64,000 nt of DNA, from contig NC_086097.1 of NCBI RefSeq assembly GCF_963921235.1, positions 34,226,001 to 34,290,000 on the forward strand, in the 5' to 3' direction. The stretch's first letter is position 1; every line of letters begins with the position of its first letter. This DNA is from Mobula hypostoma. Taxonomy: Eukaryota. This document shows positions 11,712-24,184 of this stretch, in pieces. The notes under the pieces are model-generated. The model was given only the letters and a program-made list of their open reading frames with translations. It had not been told where the DNA came from and did no database searches. Both the position numbers and the translations under genes were made by a program.

Positions 11712-14700
11712 CTACAAGATGGCTGTGCGCATGGACACAGTAACCATTCCCACTCCAACCAACAGTGAGATTTCTTCTCTTGTACATCTTTTCTATGAAC
11801 AAAGAACACCGCTGAACATTAAGAACATCAGAATCTGCAGACCCACCTCACTAGCGAGCAGAACAGCGAAGGTGCTGCACAGTTACAACTAACTTGGGGT
11901 GCCGGCTGTCGCTCTGCGCCATGGTATACTACAGATGCTCGGGAAAGCGGCCATCGTGAATAGTGCATTCGAACTCAGAAGTGCGGTACATGCGCTGGTA
12001 TTTAAAGCAAGACTTAAAACTGATCGCTGTAGGCCCGTGCTCCCATCAATTCTACATGCTAGTGTCTGATCGGTGGAAAAGGAACTCGATTACCTGTGCC
12101 TGTGTCTGAACCAGCAGGAGATGAGGGACTGTTGCACGTTCAACCTGACAGAATCCTGGCTTAAAAACTCCATTCCAGTCTTGGCCATCCAACAAGAGGG
12201 CCTAATCTCCTTTTGGGAAGACAGAAATGCTACGATCTCCAGCAAGACTCATGAAGGAGATCTGTGCGTCTACGTCAATAAGAACTCGTGAGTGGATGCC
12301 TCTGCAATGATTGCCCACTGCTCTCCATAGACAGAGCAATTTTTTTAAATGGTGAATTGCAGGCCCTTTTACCGTTTACATCCCCCCACCCCCTGGGCTA
12401 GTGCTGGGGAAATGTTGCATGAACCCTACAGCACCATCTGCAACCTCGCCCCAACGGGGTCTTCGTTGTTGCTGGTGACTTCAATCATACCAACTTAAAA
12501 ACAGTCCTGCCAAAGCATGTCAGCTTCACAATCAGAGGAGAGAACATAATAGACCTGGTTTATACCAACACTCATAGAGCCTACAAGGCAATCCCCTCCC
12601 CTCACCTCAGATACTCAGACCAGACCACTTATCTATCTTGCTATCCCTGCATACACTGGTTAAAAGAGTCAAACCAGTTCACAGGGAGATCCAGACCCGG
12701 CCAGAAGGTGCCACCTTAGCGCTGCGGAACTGTTTCGAAAGCACGGACTGGAGCATATTCAGGGAGGTGACCACCTACGATTATTACGTCAACGTGATGA
12801 ATATTCAGGATTGGTGACTGGCTACACAGGAAAGTGCATTGAGGATTTTACTGAGATTAAACACTTCACTGCCAGGGAAAACCAAAAACCATGGCTGATT
12901 GCAGGAGTTCATGCTCTGCTTAGGGATCGAGATGCTCCCGTCAAGTCGGGGTCAAGACGACTCTACGATCAGCAAAAGCGAAGCTCTCCCATGCCATCAG
13001 GAAGGCGAAGCGTGAGTATGCACAGAAAATCCACAAACACTTTTGTGACACCAGGGACAGGTGGTGTATGAGGCAAGGTATCCAAACCATATCCAATTAC
13101 AAGCCCACCCTGTGTGTCAACAACAACGACACCTCCCTTCCTGATAGGCTGAATGCTTTCTCTGCACAATTTAACCAATTGAATGATGTGACATCAAGCA
13201 AAGCCCCGTCTCCTCCTGAGGAACAGGCACTGTGCCTGGCCACAGCTGACATGAGGAGGACCCTCGCCAGGGTAAACCCACACAAATCCACAAGATAGAA
13301 CAACATACCTGGTCAGGTGCAGAGGGCCTGTGCAGCCAAGTTAACAGAGGTCTTACAGAGGTCTTTAGTATCTCTCTGAAACAGTCCACTATCGCTGCAG
13401 GCTTCAAGGCAGCCACCGTCATTCCAGTGCCCAAGAGAGCAACGGTAAGTGGCCCAAACGATTACCACTCAGTGACACTGGCTTCAACAATCATGAAGTG
13501 CTTTGAGTGGCTGCAGAAGGATCATATAAACTCCCACCTTCCAGTTATATTAGTCCCTTTCAAGTTTGCGTGCTGCTCAAACAAGCCCACTGATGATGCC
13601 ATTGCCTCGGCCCTCCACTCCGTCATGTCTCACCTAGAAAATGATGCCAGGATGTTGTTCATCGACTTCAGCTCAGTGTTTAACACAATCATCCCTCAGA
13701 GGCTGGCGAGTAAACTGTCCTCGTTGGGACTCATCACCCCTCTTTGTAACTGGACCTTGGACTTCTGGGTGGAAAGACCCAGTCAGTCTTCATTGGCAGC
13801 AACATCTCAAGCTCCATCATGCTCAGCACTGGTGCTCCCCCCCAGGGCTGTGTGCTCAACCTGCTACTGAGTCACAACTGCACTGCCAGATCCAGTTCAA
13901 ACCGCATCATCAGCTTCGCTCATGATGCAACAGTGGCTGGCCTCATCGGTAACAATGATGAGTTGGCATACAGAGAGGAGATAGAGAGGCTTGTCAAACG
14001 GTATTAGAACAACAACCTGATCTCAACATAGACAAGACTAAAGAGATGATTGTGGACTTCAGGAAGGGACAGGTTAACCACTCTCCATTGCACATCAACA
14101 ACTCTATAGTGGAGAAAGTGAAGAGCACAAAGTTCCTTGGTGTGCACAAATGAATGATTTAACCTGGACCCACAACACCTCCTCACTAGTCAAGAAGGCA
14201 GAGCAGCATCTACACTTTCTGAGGAGACTGGAGTGTGCAAGGCTCCCTGCTCCTATTCTAACAACTTTCTACAGGAGCACAATCGAGAGTGTTCTGTCTG
14301 GCTGCATTATTGTGTGGTACAGAATCTGTAAGGCATTGGACCACAGGATCCTACAAAGGATAGTAAAATCTGCCAAGAGGACCAATGGAGTCTCCCTCCC
14401 CCGTATTTGTGATATTTACTGGGAATGCTGTAGACAAAGGGCTCAAAACATTGTTGAGGATCCCTACCACTCATCCCACAATCTCTTTAACCCACTACCA
14501 TCAGGAAGAAGGACAACCAGACTGGGTAACAATTGCTTCCCTCAAGCTGTGAGACTAATGAATACCCTGCCACCACTGAGGTCCCGTCACCAGGACAGCA
14601 AGCTGTTTACTGTATACCTGTGATGCACTTTATTACATGCACTTTGAATTATATTTTATTAACTTATTTATAGTATAATAGTTCTGTTTATGTGCTGTGT

Positions 14701-14797
14701 GTGATGTATTCTATGTGGGTGCACGGTGGTCCAGAGGAACATTGTTTTGTTTCGCTGTATATACATACAGTCAGATGACAAAAAAACTTGAACTTGA
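11712..14797 (+). mobile_element. Near full-length, frameshifted Rex1/Babar LINE (APE endonuclease + RT)
   Basis: EN motifs (LTESWL, GDLCVYVNK, VAGDFNH), RT motifs (RMLFIDFSSVFNTIIP, GAPPQGCVL), C-terminal QHLHFLRRL/TFYRSTIESVL, AAGATGGC head at 11716 and (AACTTG)n tail. Confidence 0.9.
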
Positions 14798-15205
14798 GGA
14801 CCTTGAATTATAAAGTTGAATAGGTTAGGACTTTATTCCCTGGAGCGTTGGAGAATAAGTGGGGGTATACAAAATTAAGAAGGGTATAGATAGGGTAAAT
14901 ACATGATTATTTTATCCCTGACATTGGGTGAGACTAGGACTAGCGGTCTTAGGTTAGCATAAAATGCTTAAGGGGAACCTAAGGAGAACTATTTCACTCA
15001 AAGGGTGTTGCAAGCGTGGAACATGCTGCCAGGGGAAATGGTGGATGTGGATTCAACTGTAACTTTTAAAGAGAAGTTTGAAATGGTTTGGGGAGATATG
15101 GTCTGGGTACAGGTAGATGGGACTAGATGGAAGATCAGATAGGCTTGGGCTAGATGGGCCAAAGGGTGAGTTTCTGTGCTGCAGTGTTCTGCGACTCTAT
15201 GACAA
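14798..15205 (+). mobile_element. CR1 3' end
   Basis: LNRLGLYSLE...FTQRVLQAWNMLP motifs and a CR1 3' UTR. Confidence 0.8.
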
Positions 15206-15474
15206 TTTTTATTTGATGGAATTATGTTATTCCTTAAGAGGAAGGAAGATGCAGATTTTCCATGGGTGAAGTCTGTGAATTTTAGCATTGGTACCTTGCA
15301 TCTGATCCAAAAAAAAAGCCTCACACAAAAATCTTCTATCTCTGAGACAAGAACGGTTTCTCTGATGTTCACTGCTCTAATGTATCCATCGAAAGGGAAC
15401 ACAGCGCATCTTTTGCTACCTGCTGCTGACTTAATATGACTTCTGTGAATTGATGTACTGGCTTGATCCCCTGG

Positions 15475-15640
15475 TCAATTCCAACCTCTCCAGTTGTTCT
15501 CAAGATGGATTTGGATAGGTACATGGATAGCAGGGGTATGGAGGGATGTGGTTGGGATGTGGGTAGATGGGACTAGGTAGGAGTACTGGTCAGCATGGGC
15601 TAGATGGGCCAAAGGGCCTGTTCTTAATGCTCTATCTAAC
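15475..15640 (+). mobile_element. CR1 3' UTR fragment
   Basis: ttggataggtacatggat...gggccaaagggcctgttc. Confidence 0.7.
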
Positions 15641-15902
15641 AGGGGAAGACGAATGAGACTAGAGGAGCTGAGCAATCCATCTACATGTGCCAGCCCAAAC
15701 TCATTGTGCCAGCAGAGACCTACCCTAAGATGAGGATCTCAGTGTTGAGTCACCTCCCTGCTCACACAGTTCTCCTCAACACTAACCCTCACAGGTAGCC
15801 TCTGTGCACCAAGCCATAGCAATTCATTTGTGAGGGCATGGAATCATGACAGGTTTCAGTAACTACAAAGGTCATTGATTAAACCACATCTGGAGTAATA
15901 TG

Positions 15903-16030
15903 AGCAACACACATCAAAGTTGCTGGTGAATGCAGCAGGCCAGGCAGCATCTCTAGGAAGAGGTACAGTCCACGTTTCAGGCCGAGACCCTTCGTCAGGA
16001 CTAACTGAAGGAAGAGTTAGTTTCCTGTTG
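15903..16030 (-). mobile_element. 128-bp Penelope terminus (hammerhead-containing) inserted in a CR1 remnant with 14-bp TSD
   Basis: tctggagtaatatg is duplicated at 15889-15902 and 16031-16044. The hammerhead motif lies at 15966-16003. Confidence 0.85.
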
Positions 16031-16419
16031 TCTGGAGTAATATGTACAGTTTTGGTCTTATTAAAGTCATTTGACAGGGTGGATGTGGGGATGACATTTC
16101 TCCTTGAGGGAGAAAATAGAACGAAGAAAAAGTAAACTGACCAGTTTAAGGCAGATGAGATGATTATTTTTCTCTTTCAAAGAGCTGACAATCTTTGGAG
16201 ATCCCTGAACCAAAGAGTAGCATTCTCAGATCTGTAAACTTTGATGGTCTTCCCTCATTCTTCTAAACTGCAGTAGATACAAGCCTATTCAGTCCTACCT
16301 TTCATTGTAAGATGTCAACCTTGCATGACTGCCCTGGTACTTTTTGAAGCATAAAATGTTCTTCCTGAATTACTAGATGATACCAATGGAACCAATGTAT
16401 TCATATATGAAGGACTGCA

Positions 16420-17470
16420 TCTTCTGAAAAGATTCCTTAGGGCCCTGAATGAGTAAGTGTAGGGGCAGGAGTAGCACATAAAACAGTTGCCGGCGGGGGG
16501 GAGCAGATCGGTGGGGAGGGACGAGAGGACAAGAGACTCATGGGGAGAGTGATCCCTGTGGAAAGTGGACAGGGCAAGGATGGGGAAGATGTACCTGGTT
16601 GTGGAATCTGGTTGGACATGGCAGAAGTTCCAGAGAATGACATGTTGGGTGCATAGGTTCATGAGACGGTAGGAGAGGACAAGGGAATTCTATTCTTGTT
16701 ATGTCAGGGCAGGGAGGAATGTGGTGAGGGCAGAGGTGTGGGAAATAGAAGAGGTGCTAGTGAGGGCCACAATGGTATCAGTGGGGGAGCACCAGTCCAT
16801 GGGCATCAGTTGTTGCATCCACTGCTCCCTGAACATCAGGGAGACCCAACACAGATTGGCAGATTGCTTTGTTGAGCACCTTTGCTTCGTTTGCCTGGAA
16901 CTGCTGGCAGCCATCCATTTTAGTCGCACTTCTCGTTCCCGTACTGACATGTTTGTCCATGGCCTCCTCCAAGCTGAGGCCCGATGCAGATTAGAGGAAC
17001 TGCATCTCAAGTTCTGCTTTGATAGTCTCCAACTGACAACGTGAATGTCGATTGCTTTAAATTCCAGCAGCCATATTCTTCTGCCACCCATCTCCTCTTT
17101 TTCTCTCCTTATTCAACTGGCCCCATCACCCCTTCTCTTTCCCTTCCCTCTTGTTCCTCTCCTTACTTCCTTCCCTTTATTCCATGGTCAATTACCTCCT
17201 GCTGTCAGATTCCACCTTCCTCAGCCCTTTGTTACTTCTGCCTATCACCTCCCAGCTTCTTACAACGTACCCGCTTACCCCCTCCCTCAGCTCTTTACCA
17301 TTTCCCATCTCACCTGGACCTCTGGCTCTTGCTCTACAGTTCCCACCACCTTTTTATACTGGCCACCTCTCCTCTTTCTTTCCAAATCCTCATGAAGAGT
17401 TTCAACCCAAAACATCGACTACCTCTATCCCTCCATAGATGCTGCCTGAGCCATCAAGTTCCTCCAGCAT
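16420..17470 (+). mobile_element. Penelope-like element with inverted 5' segment
   Basis: 16420-16790 is antisense linker region. 16791-17470 is sense GIY-YIG remnant (IRETQHRLADCFVEHL...RLEELHLKFC) plus the terminus. Confidence 0.8.
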
Positions 17471-18330
17471 AATGGCACAATGAGTTCAGAAATCCATCTT
17501 GATTTTCTAGATGAATTAAGCACCAAGTATTTTTTCCAGTAAGATTTGCAACTGAGGATCAAATTTGGGAACTGTAATGTACTTCAAAAGCCCCAGAAAT
17601 TTCATAAAGGCACAGAGGTACTTTGGAGTGAGTTCCAGGTTACACACTTGGAAGGTCATATCTACCTCCAACACTTTCCTAAATCTCCCCTTATACTACC
17701 CCCATTCACTGTTGTAACGAATTAAGTTCCTCTGACATTTTGTGTGGTTCTCTGGATTTCCAGCATCTGCAGAACCTTTAATGCTCGTGTAATCATTCTC
17801 CTGGTTCTGAAGAAAGGCCACCAAACTGAGATGTTAACTTTGCTTCATTCTTCACCAAGGGTTTCTGACCTGCTGAGCATTTCCAGTACATCCAGGTAAC
17901 ATGTTCACTTTCAACTAGCATACGGTGAGGAAGTATATTTTCAAATAATTACTAAAAATGAATAACTTCTCAGAAGAGGCCAAAAATCTACCCTCCTCTG
18001 CTTTTGCTAGCATTGTACTTTACCACTGCTCTTTTAAATCTGGAAGTTAACTGTGAATAATTCCTTCCAGATCACAGGATTCTGCTTGGCATGAACACAG
18101 CTGTGAGGTTAGATACACATATATGATTCTTGGCAAGAGATAGAAAAATATTGGAGGTAGAAATTGCCTTCCAGTTGTGTAACTTGGACCTTACTCTGAA
18201 CTGCTCTGTGGTTCTGAATAATTTTGAGGTAAGCTCCAGTTCCCAGATTTGCCCCTCAGTTGCAAAACATGCTGGAAACATACAGAGTGTTTAAATCAAC
18301 TGGTAAATCAAGATGGGTTTCTGAACTCTT

Positions 18331-19040
18331 TGTGGTAAGGGGTTTCTTCTTTTATGTTACTGCGAAGGCTAACAAAATGGCTTCTTTGCTATGTTATAAT
18401 TAAAATGGCTTTTCTGAAATAACTGCGATGTAAGGAGTTCTCTCTCTCTCTCTGCTTGTTTGGGTTATATTATTGATAAGAGGAAGAACAAACCAATTGG
18501 GATAGATGTTTTTCTTTCTTGTGTGTCTGTAAGCTATTGCGGGTGTTGAGGAAGAAGGCGCGGTGGGGACAGAGAGAGGAGGCGCGATGCTGTGAGCTGG
18601 CCAACGGGACGGGGACTCCGAGCGGGAGTCCGAGGCCCAGGGTCTTCGGCGAGGAGACGAAGACATACTCGTGTGGAGCATCTGGTCGACCACCGTGGTT
18701 GGTCCCAGGCGGTGGGTCGAGGTGGTCGGAGGGGATCAAATGGTGGAAAGAGGACCCCGTTACTTGAGCTCTAACTGTTGTGCACCAAGTGTTTGAACTT
18801 TGATAAGTTTGGTGCCTTTTACTTTCCTTTTATATTTGATCTCTATTAATTACATAGTTTCAGTAAGATCTATAAAGTGTAATCATCTAATCGCATATGG
18901 TGTATTGTCTGTTATTTGGCGGGGTGGGGTACATCGTACAGCATCCACACAAACTTGATTACCCAGTTTGGCGGGGCCGAAGCCTGCTCCCCCTAGACGA
19001 ACGCGAGTTGAGCGAGCCTGAGGCTTACCAGGGGGCTACA
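18331..19040. mobile_element. Candidate solo LTR (~710 bp, CpG-rich, relatively young)
   Basis: Begins TGTGG and ends CTACA, has no ORF of note, and shows a sharp composition change from its flanks. No TSD found. Confidence 0.55.
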
Positions 19041-19369
19041 GTTAAAAGGAATGCAGTTCTTTTTCTTTGAGGGCAAGAACAAGCAGCAATGTCTAATAGT
19101 GTGTTATCCGACAAAACAGATAATATGAAGCAGTTCCACGTGAAAATCTGTATTATGTCATTATCATGGTGTGCGTCCGTCAAACAAGGTTCTTAACCAT
19201 TTTATCTTCTGTTCCTTTAGTAGTTAAGATAACTGTCTCCTCTGTCAAACTCCATCTACTAATTTTTAACATCTTGACTTTAAATGAAATGGTGTGATCA
19301 ATGACAGTACAATAAAAATAGATTCTTAAATACTTTTATACCATATTTCCCCCAATGTCAGCAAAATAA

Positions 19370-20365
19370 AAGAGCCGTTCATTGACTTCAGGAAGGGGAC
19401 CTGTGCACATGCTCCTACTACAAATGTGCTGATGTTGAGAGGATTGGGAGTGAACATCACTAATAGACTGTCCTGGCCCAATCACACTGATATATAATAA
19501 AGAAAACTCACCAGCAGCTCAGGAGCCTAAAGAAAGTTGGCACGGCCCCTTTGAAACTCACCAAGTTTTAATCAATGCACCATGGAAAGCATCCTATCAG
19601 GCTGCATGACAGATCGGTGACTGCTCCGTCCACGACTGTGAGAAACTGCAGGGAGTTATGGACCCTCCTCCCCTCCATGGACTGCATGTTCTTCACTACC
19701 TTGGTAAAGCAGCTAGTATAATCAAAGACCCCGCCCACCCCAGATATTCTCTCTCATCTCTCCTCCCATCAGGTAGATAAGATACAAAAGCCTGAAAGCT
19801 TGTATTACCACCTCCAAGAACACCACAACCTTGCCATAGGGTTTGGAGGCTGTCATGCCCCAATGACCCGTCAAGCTGCATCGGTTGGAGTCAGAGCCTT
19901 GGTGCTTTGGCTCTTGGTAAGGTCACCAAGTCAAACAGGTCAAAGGGAGCAGCCCAAGCTAAGAGTGGTCCACTGATCCTCCCAGTTCCGGGGTTCAGCT
20001 CAGAGCTAACAACCTTGGCTGGTCAAAAAACAACGGTTACGGAAGCAGCACAGGCTGCCCTGAATGCCAGAACCACAACAGGCAGTAAATAAGTATCACC
20101 AGTCTCACGAATAGCTTCTGTCCCACAGTTATAAGAGTACTGAATGCTTCACAAGTATGATAAGATGAACCCTTGATCTTAATCTACTGTGACATCGTAT
20201 CTCAGTGTTTACCTGCGCTCCACTTTCTCCCTAACTGTAAAACTCTATTCTGCTCTCTGTATTCATTTTCCCTTGTTCTACCTCAATGAACTGTTGTAAT
20301 TAATTGATCTGTATGGACAGTATGCAAGACAAGTTTTTCACTGTATCTCAATAATAATAAACCAA
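19370..20365 (+). mobile_element. Rex1/Babar 3' portion, interrupted at 19811-20092
   Basis: Degenerate KAASIIKDP.HP..SL.S.LPSGR motifs and a caataataataaacc tail. Confidence 0.8.
19811..20092 (+). mobile_element. Non-autonomous RTE-derived element (RTE 5' UTR-like body, GTAA-type tail)
   Basis: cacaaccttg...caatgaccc...ggtcacc...aaacaggtcaaaggg resembles RTE/Expander 5' UTRs. TSD gtattacca / gtatcacca at 19802-19810 and 20093-20101. Confidence 0.65.
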
Positions 20366-20719
20366 TTTATATTTTACAGGAGAAAAGCATAATAAAAAAT
20401 TTACATAGCAGTAGAACTGTGCGCTCTTCCTTGCATTTACCTAACAAGCAACACAGGGACTCATCAGAAAATCTATTTATTGCATTGTATTCTAAAGAGA
20501 CATGTTTTATTCTCAGGGTCCAGGCATGGTTGTCAACACCAATATCTAGTACCCATCTTCATTACCCCAAGACAGCAGTGATGATGCTTTTTGAAGTGAA
20601 TTCCTAGCCAGGGTAATTAAGAGGACGGTCAAAAGAGCCAGCTGGAAAATTTAGTTACTAATGAAATAAATTATGGCAGACATGGCAGAGCAGGTTCTGG
20701 CTGCAATGCAGAGTCAGAA

Positions 20720-21040
20720 TTAACACAGAAACTGACCTTTCAGCCCGGCCAATCCACACAGACCATCAAACACGTATTTTATATTCATCCTATCCCAAGC
20801 TGATTTCATTCTCCCCATATTCCCATCAGCTCCCCACCCCAGGTTTTACTCACATACACCCTCGGGGCACTTTACGATGGCCATTTAATCTATCCACCAG
20901 TACATTTTTTGGGATGTAGGAGGGAACCAGAGTGCCATGAAGTCTCAGAGAAACCATGAAAACCTCACACAGGGAGCACTTGAGGTCAGAATTGAACTAG
21001 AGTTGCAGGGGCTGTGAGGCAGTGCCTCTAACTCTACTGA
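20720..21040 (-). mobile_element. HE1/V-SINE-like tRNA-derived SINE
   Basis: Antisense B-box (gttcaattc), V-core remnant (gggatgtaggagggaaccagag) and a CR1-like tail. Confidence 0.65.
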
Positions 21041-21074
21041 CTCTTAACAGGCATTAATCTACTGCTGCCATCTT

Positions 21075-21900
21075 GTTCAAGTGTCTGTCTAAATGTTCAA
21101 ATGTTGCTCTTGTCTCTGTTTCCACCTTCTCTCCTGCCAGCACCAACCAGGTACCTACAACTCTGTATATTAAAAAAAACTTGCCACCTATCCATCCTTT
21201 AAACTTCATCTAGTTTTTTAACCTGTTCTTCCTGGGAAAAAGACATCATCTATGTCTCTCATAAGTTTATGTACTTCTATCCGATTGACCGCCAGCCTTT
21301 AACACTCTAGAGAAAACAATCTAAGTTTGTCCAACCCCTCCTTATAACATATATACTTCAATCTTGGCAAACCTCTTCTGAACCCATTCTTAAACCTCCA
21401 TATCCTTCCTATAGCATGAAAACCAAAACTGCTCACAATACTCAATAATGTCTTATGGTCTACTCCAAATGTGGCCTAACCGAGGTTTCATACAGCAGCA
21501 ACATAACTTTCCAACTTTGATACTCCATGCCCCAACTGATGAATGCATCCCCTACACCTTCTTTACCACCCTCTCCGCTTTCAGATATCAATGGACTTGC
21601 ACTCCAAGATCCCTCTGTGTATCAATGCTCCTAAGATACTGTATACTTCCTTCTTGCATGTAACTACCCAAACGCTTCACCTTACACTCATTTAATCATT
21701 TCTCTGCCATTTCCCTGTTGGTTACCTTATCAAGTTACACCACATCCACTGGTTCTGCTCATCACATTCTCGAAAGAACTGCCAGCAGTCAGTCAAAGAC
21801 ATACTGCAAGTCTATGTCAACTGTGCTATCATTCTTTTAGATCTTCTGAACTTACAATTTTCATTGTTGTTTCCAACAATTCCCTACTACTGACAGGTTG
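21075..21900 (-). mobile_element. Degraded CR1
   Basis: Antisense RPHLE/YCEQFW and RT remnants. Confidence 0.7.
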
Positions 21901-21949
21901 GTAGATCTCGTTTTTTGTTTGTCCTCCTGTTTTCTTAAACAGCGGGGTC

Positions 21950-22212
21950 ACACGTCTTTACACCCAATTCACAAGAATGGTGCCTGTGCGTCACCGAGCA
22001 GTGCAGAATGGTTTGCCGTGCGATGTTCTACAGGTCGTCCACAGGCTTTTTTGCCGTTTGCGCAATTGCTTCTTCTTTCGCAGTTAGGGTGTTCTTGAAC
22101 GGGTTCCCTGGTGGGTGGTTGTTTCGTGGCTGCCTGTGGGAGGACGATCTCAGAGTTGTGTTCTGCATACATACCCTGATAATAAACGTACTTTGAACCT
22201 TTTGAGTCTTTG
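21950..22212 (+). mobile_element. Rex/Babar-type 3' UTR and tail
   Basis: gataataaacgtactttgaacctttga tail. Confidence 0.6.
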
Positions 22213-22814
22213 AATATTCAATACAGAATTGCAGAAGCCTATCCACAAATGACAATCACAGCACACTCTCTCTAAAGCCACTTCTATCTTAATGAATGCC
22301 TTTTGAATTTCTAAATGGAACACAATCACTGGATCTCCCTTAACTATTCTATTCAATATATCGTCAAAGAACGCCAGAAGATTAGTCGAGTATGAATTCC
22401 ATCCACTAGTGAAAGTAATCAGAGTTGGAATAGTACATGTTTTATCCAACCCTTCACAGTTTTTTCAAAATCAAACTTTAGATTCTTAGCCCTTGCTGCT
22501 TGCGAACTACTGTCAAAGTCACTAAAGGCAATGAAACTGGTCCCTAGATGTCACCATAAAACAGGCATAGAAAATTATGCTCAGCAATGAATCAGTAAAG
22601 AATCTCCTCACTAGAGTACCCAGATGCATTTGGTTGAACAATTGCTTTTGGGGCCATTGCATTCTGTTCCTATTCCCCATATCACAGACAAAAAGAGTTC
22701 AAGGGATTTTCTATCATAGTTACATCCTGAAATATGATGCACACCAATAAAATTTTCCATCGGATTTTCATCTTACAGTGATATAGAATTGAAGGTTGCC
22801 TATCAACTTTTGTT

Positions 22815-24180
22815 ATATTTGGAGATACAGCTCGTTAATGGATCCTTGCGTCCAATGAGTCCGTACCATCCAATCACACCCATGTGACCAATCTACCCAC
22901 AAATCTGTATGTGTTTTGAATGTGTGGGGAAACCAGAGCACCCGGAGAAACCCATTTGCTTTCCACATCCAATGAACTAACACATCAAAATCCCTCTGCA
23001 CACCGACATGTATCAGCTTATCACTACTTAAACAGCCACTTTTAATTTGTTTAGAACCAATTTTATTATCAAAGTACATATATGTTACCACATACTACAT
23101 TGAGATTCATTTTCTTGCAGCATTTACAGGAAAATAAAGAAATATGATAGAATTTATGAAAATAAATAGATAGACAATGACTGGCAAGCAGCCAATATGC
23201 AAAAGGCAAATAATGATAAATATATAATATTAAAGAGATAGACATAGAGAGACAGACAGAGACAAAGAGAGACAGAGAATGTGAGCTGTAGAGTCCTTGA
23301 GAGTGAGTACATAGATTGTGGAATCAGTTCATTGAGATTGGTCCACAGAGAATAACCTCACACTTTCTCTTATTCTTCTCCATTTGCCACTCATTTTCTC
23401 AGTTAATCAGTCTGCATCCCCTTGTAAACTTTACAGTTCTTGTTCACATCTCACTTTCCAAGTTTGCACCACTTGCAGAATCTGGTACATTACACATTTT
23501 TTTTTTGCCAGAACAAGCCATTAACATCAACTGTGAATAGCTGAGGATCTGGTACTGATGTTTGTGCCATCCCACTGGTAACAGCCTGACAACTGGAAAA
23601 AGTCCTATTTACCTCCTACTCTCTGTTTCTCCTCTTTAACCCATTCATACTCACTCATTCAGTGAGCCCTTATTTTATGCGACAAAACAAGTTGAATGAT
23701 ATCTTTACCAAATGCCTATTAAGTACCCAGATATATTACTTCTAGTGGTTGGCCCCTGATCACTCCTACTGGAAATTTGCCATAAAGAGCTTTATTACAT
23801 TTGTCAAACATAATTTTCTTTTCATAAAGCCTTGTGGTCTCAGCCTAATTGTATTATGATTTGATAACTGTCTTGAACTAAGAACATAATATACTCCAGC
23901 ATTTTAATGGTAAACTCTGCATGTCTAACTGATTTTATAGTTGGCTATTTTTTTCTACATTCTAACTTGCTAATTCCATTCCAAAATTTAGGGATTGCAT
24001 CTGCAGCAATTTTTCTTAAGACAATGGAATGTAAGGCTCTCTCGCCCGGAGTTTTATTTATTCATTTCTCTTTCCCATCATAATGTTCCTTAGTCATTAG
24101 ACCAATGGTCCCTCATTTTGGTACACTTACTTGTCTTCTACTGTGAAGAGTGATGCAAAATATTTCCTCATTTCCCATTT
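22815..24180 (-). mobile_element. Mosaic of V-SINE core, CR1 RT remnants and Rex/Babar tail
   Basis: aaccagagcacccggagaaaccca V-core (~22930), Rex tail at 23055-23335, antisense CR1 RT remnants. Confidence 0.55.
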
Positions 24181-24184
24181 TCAC

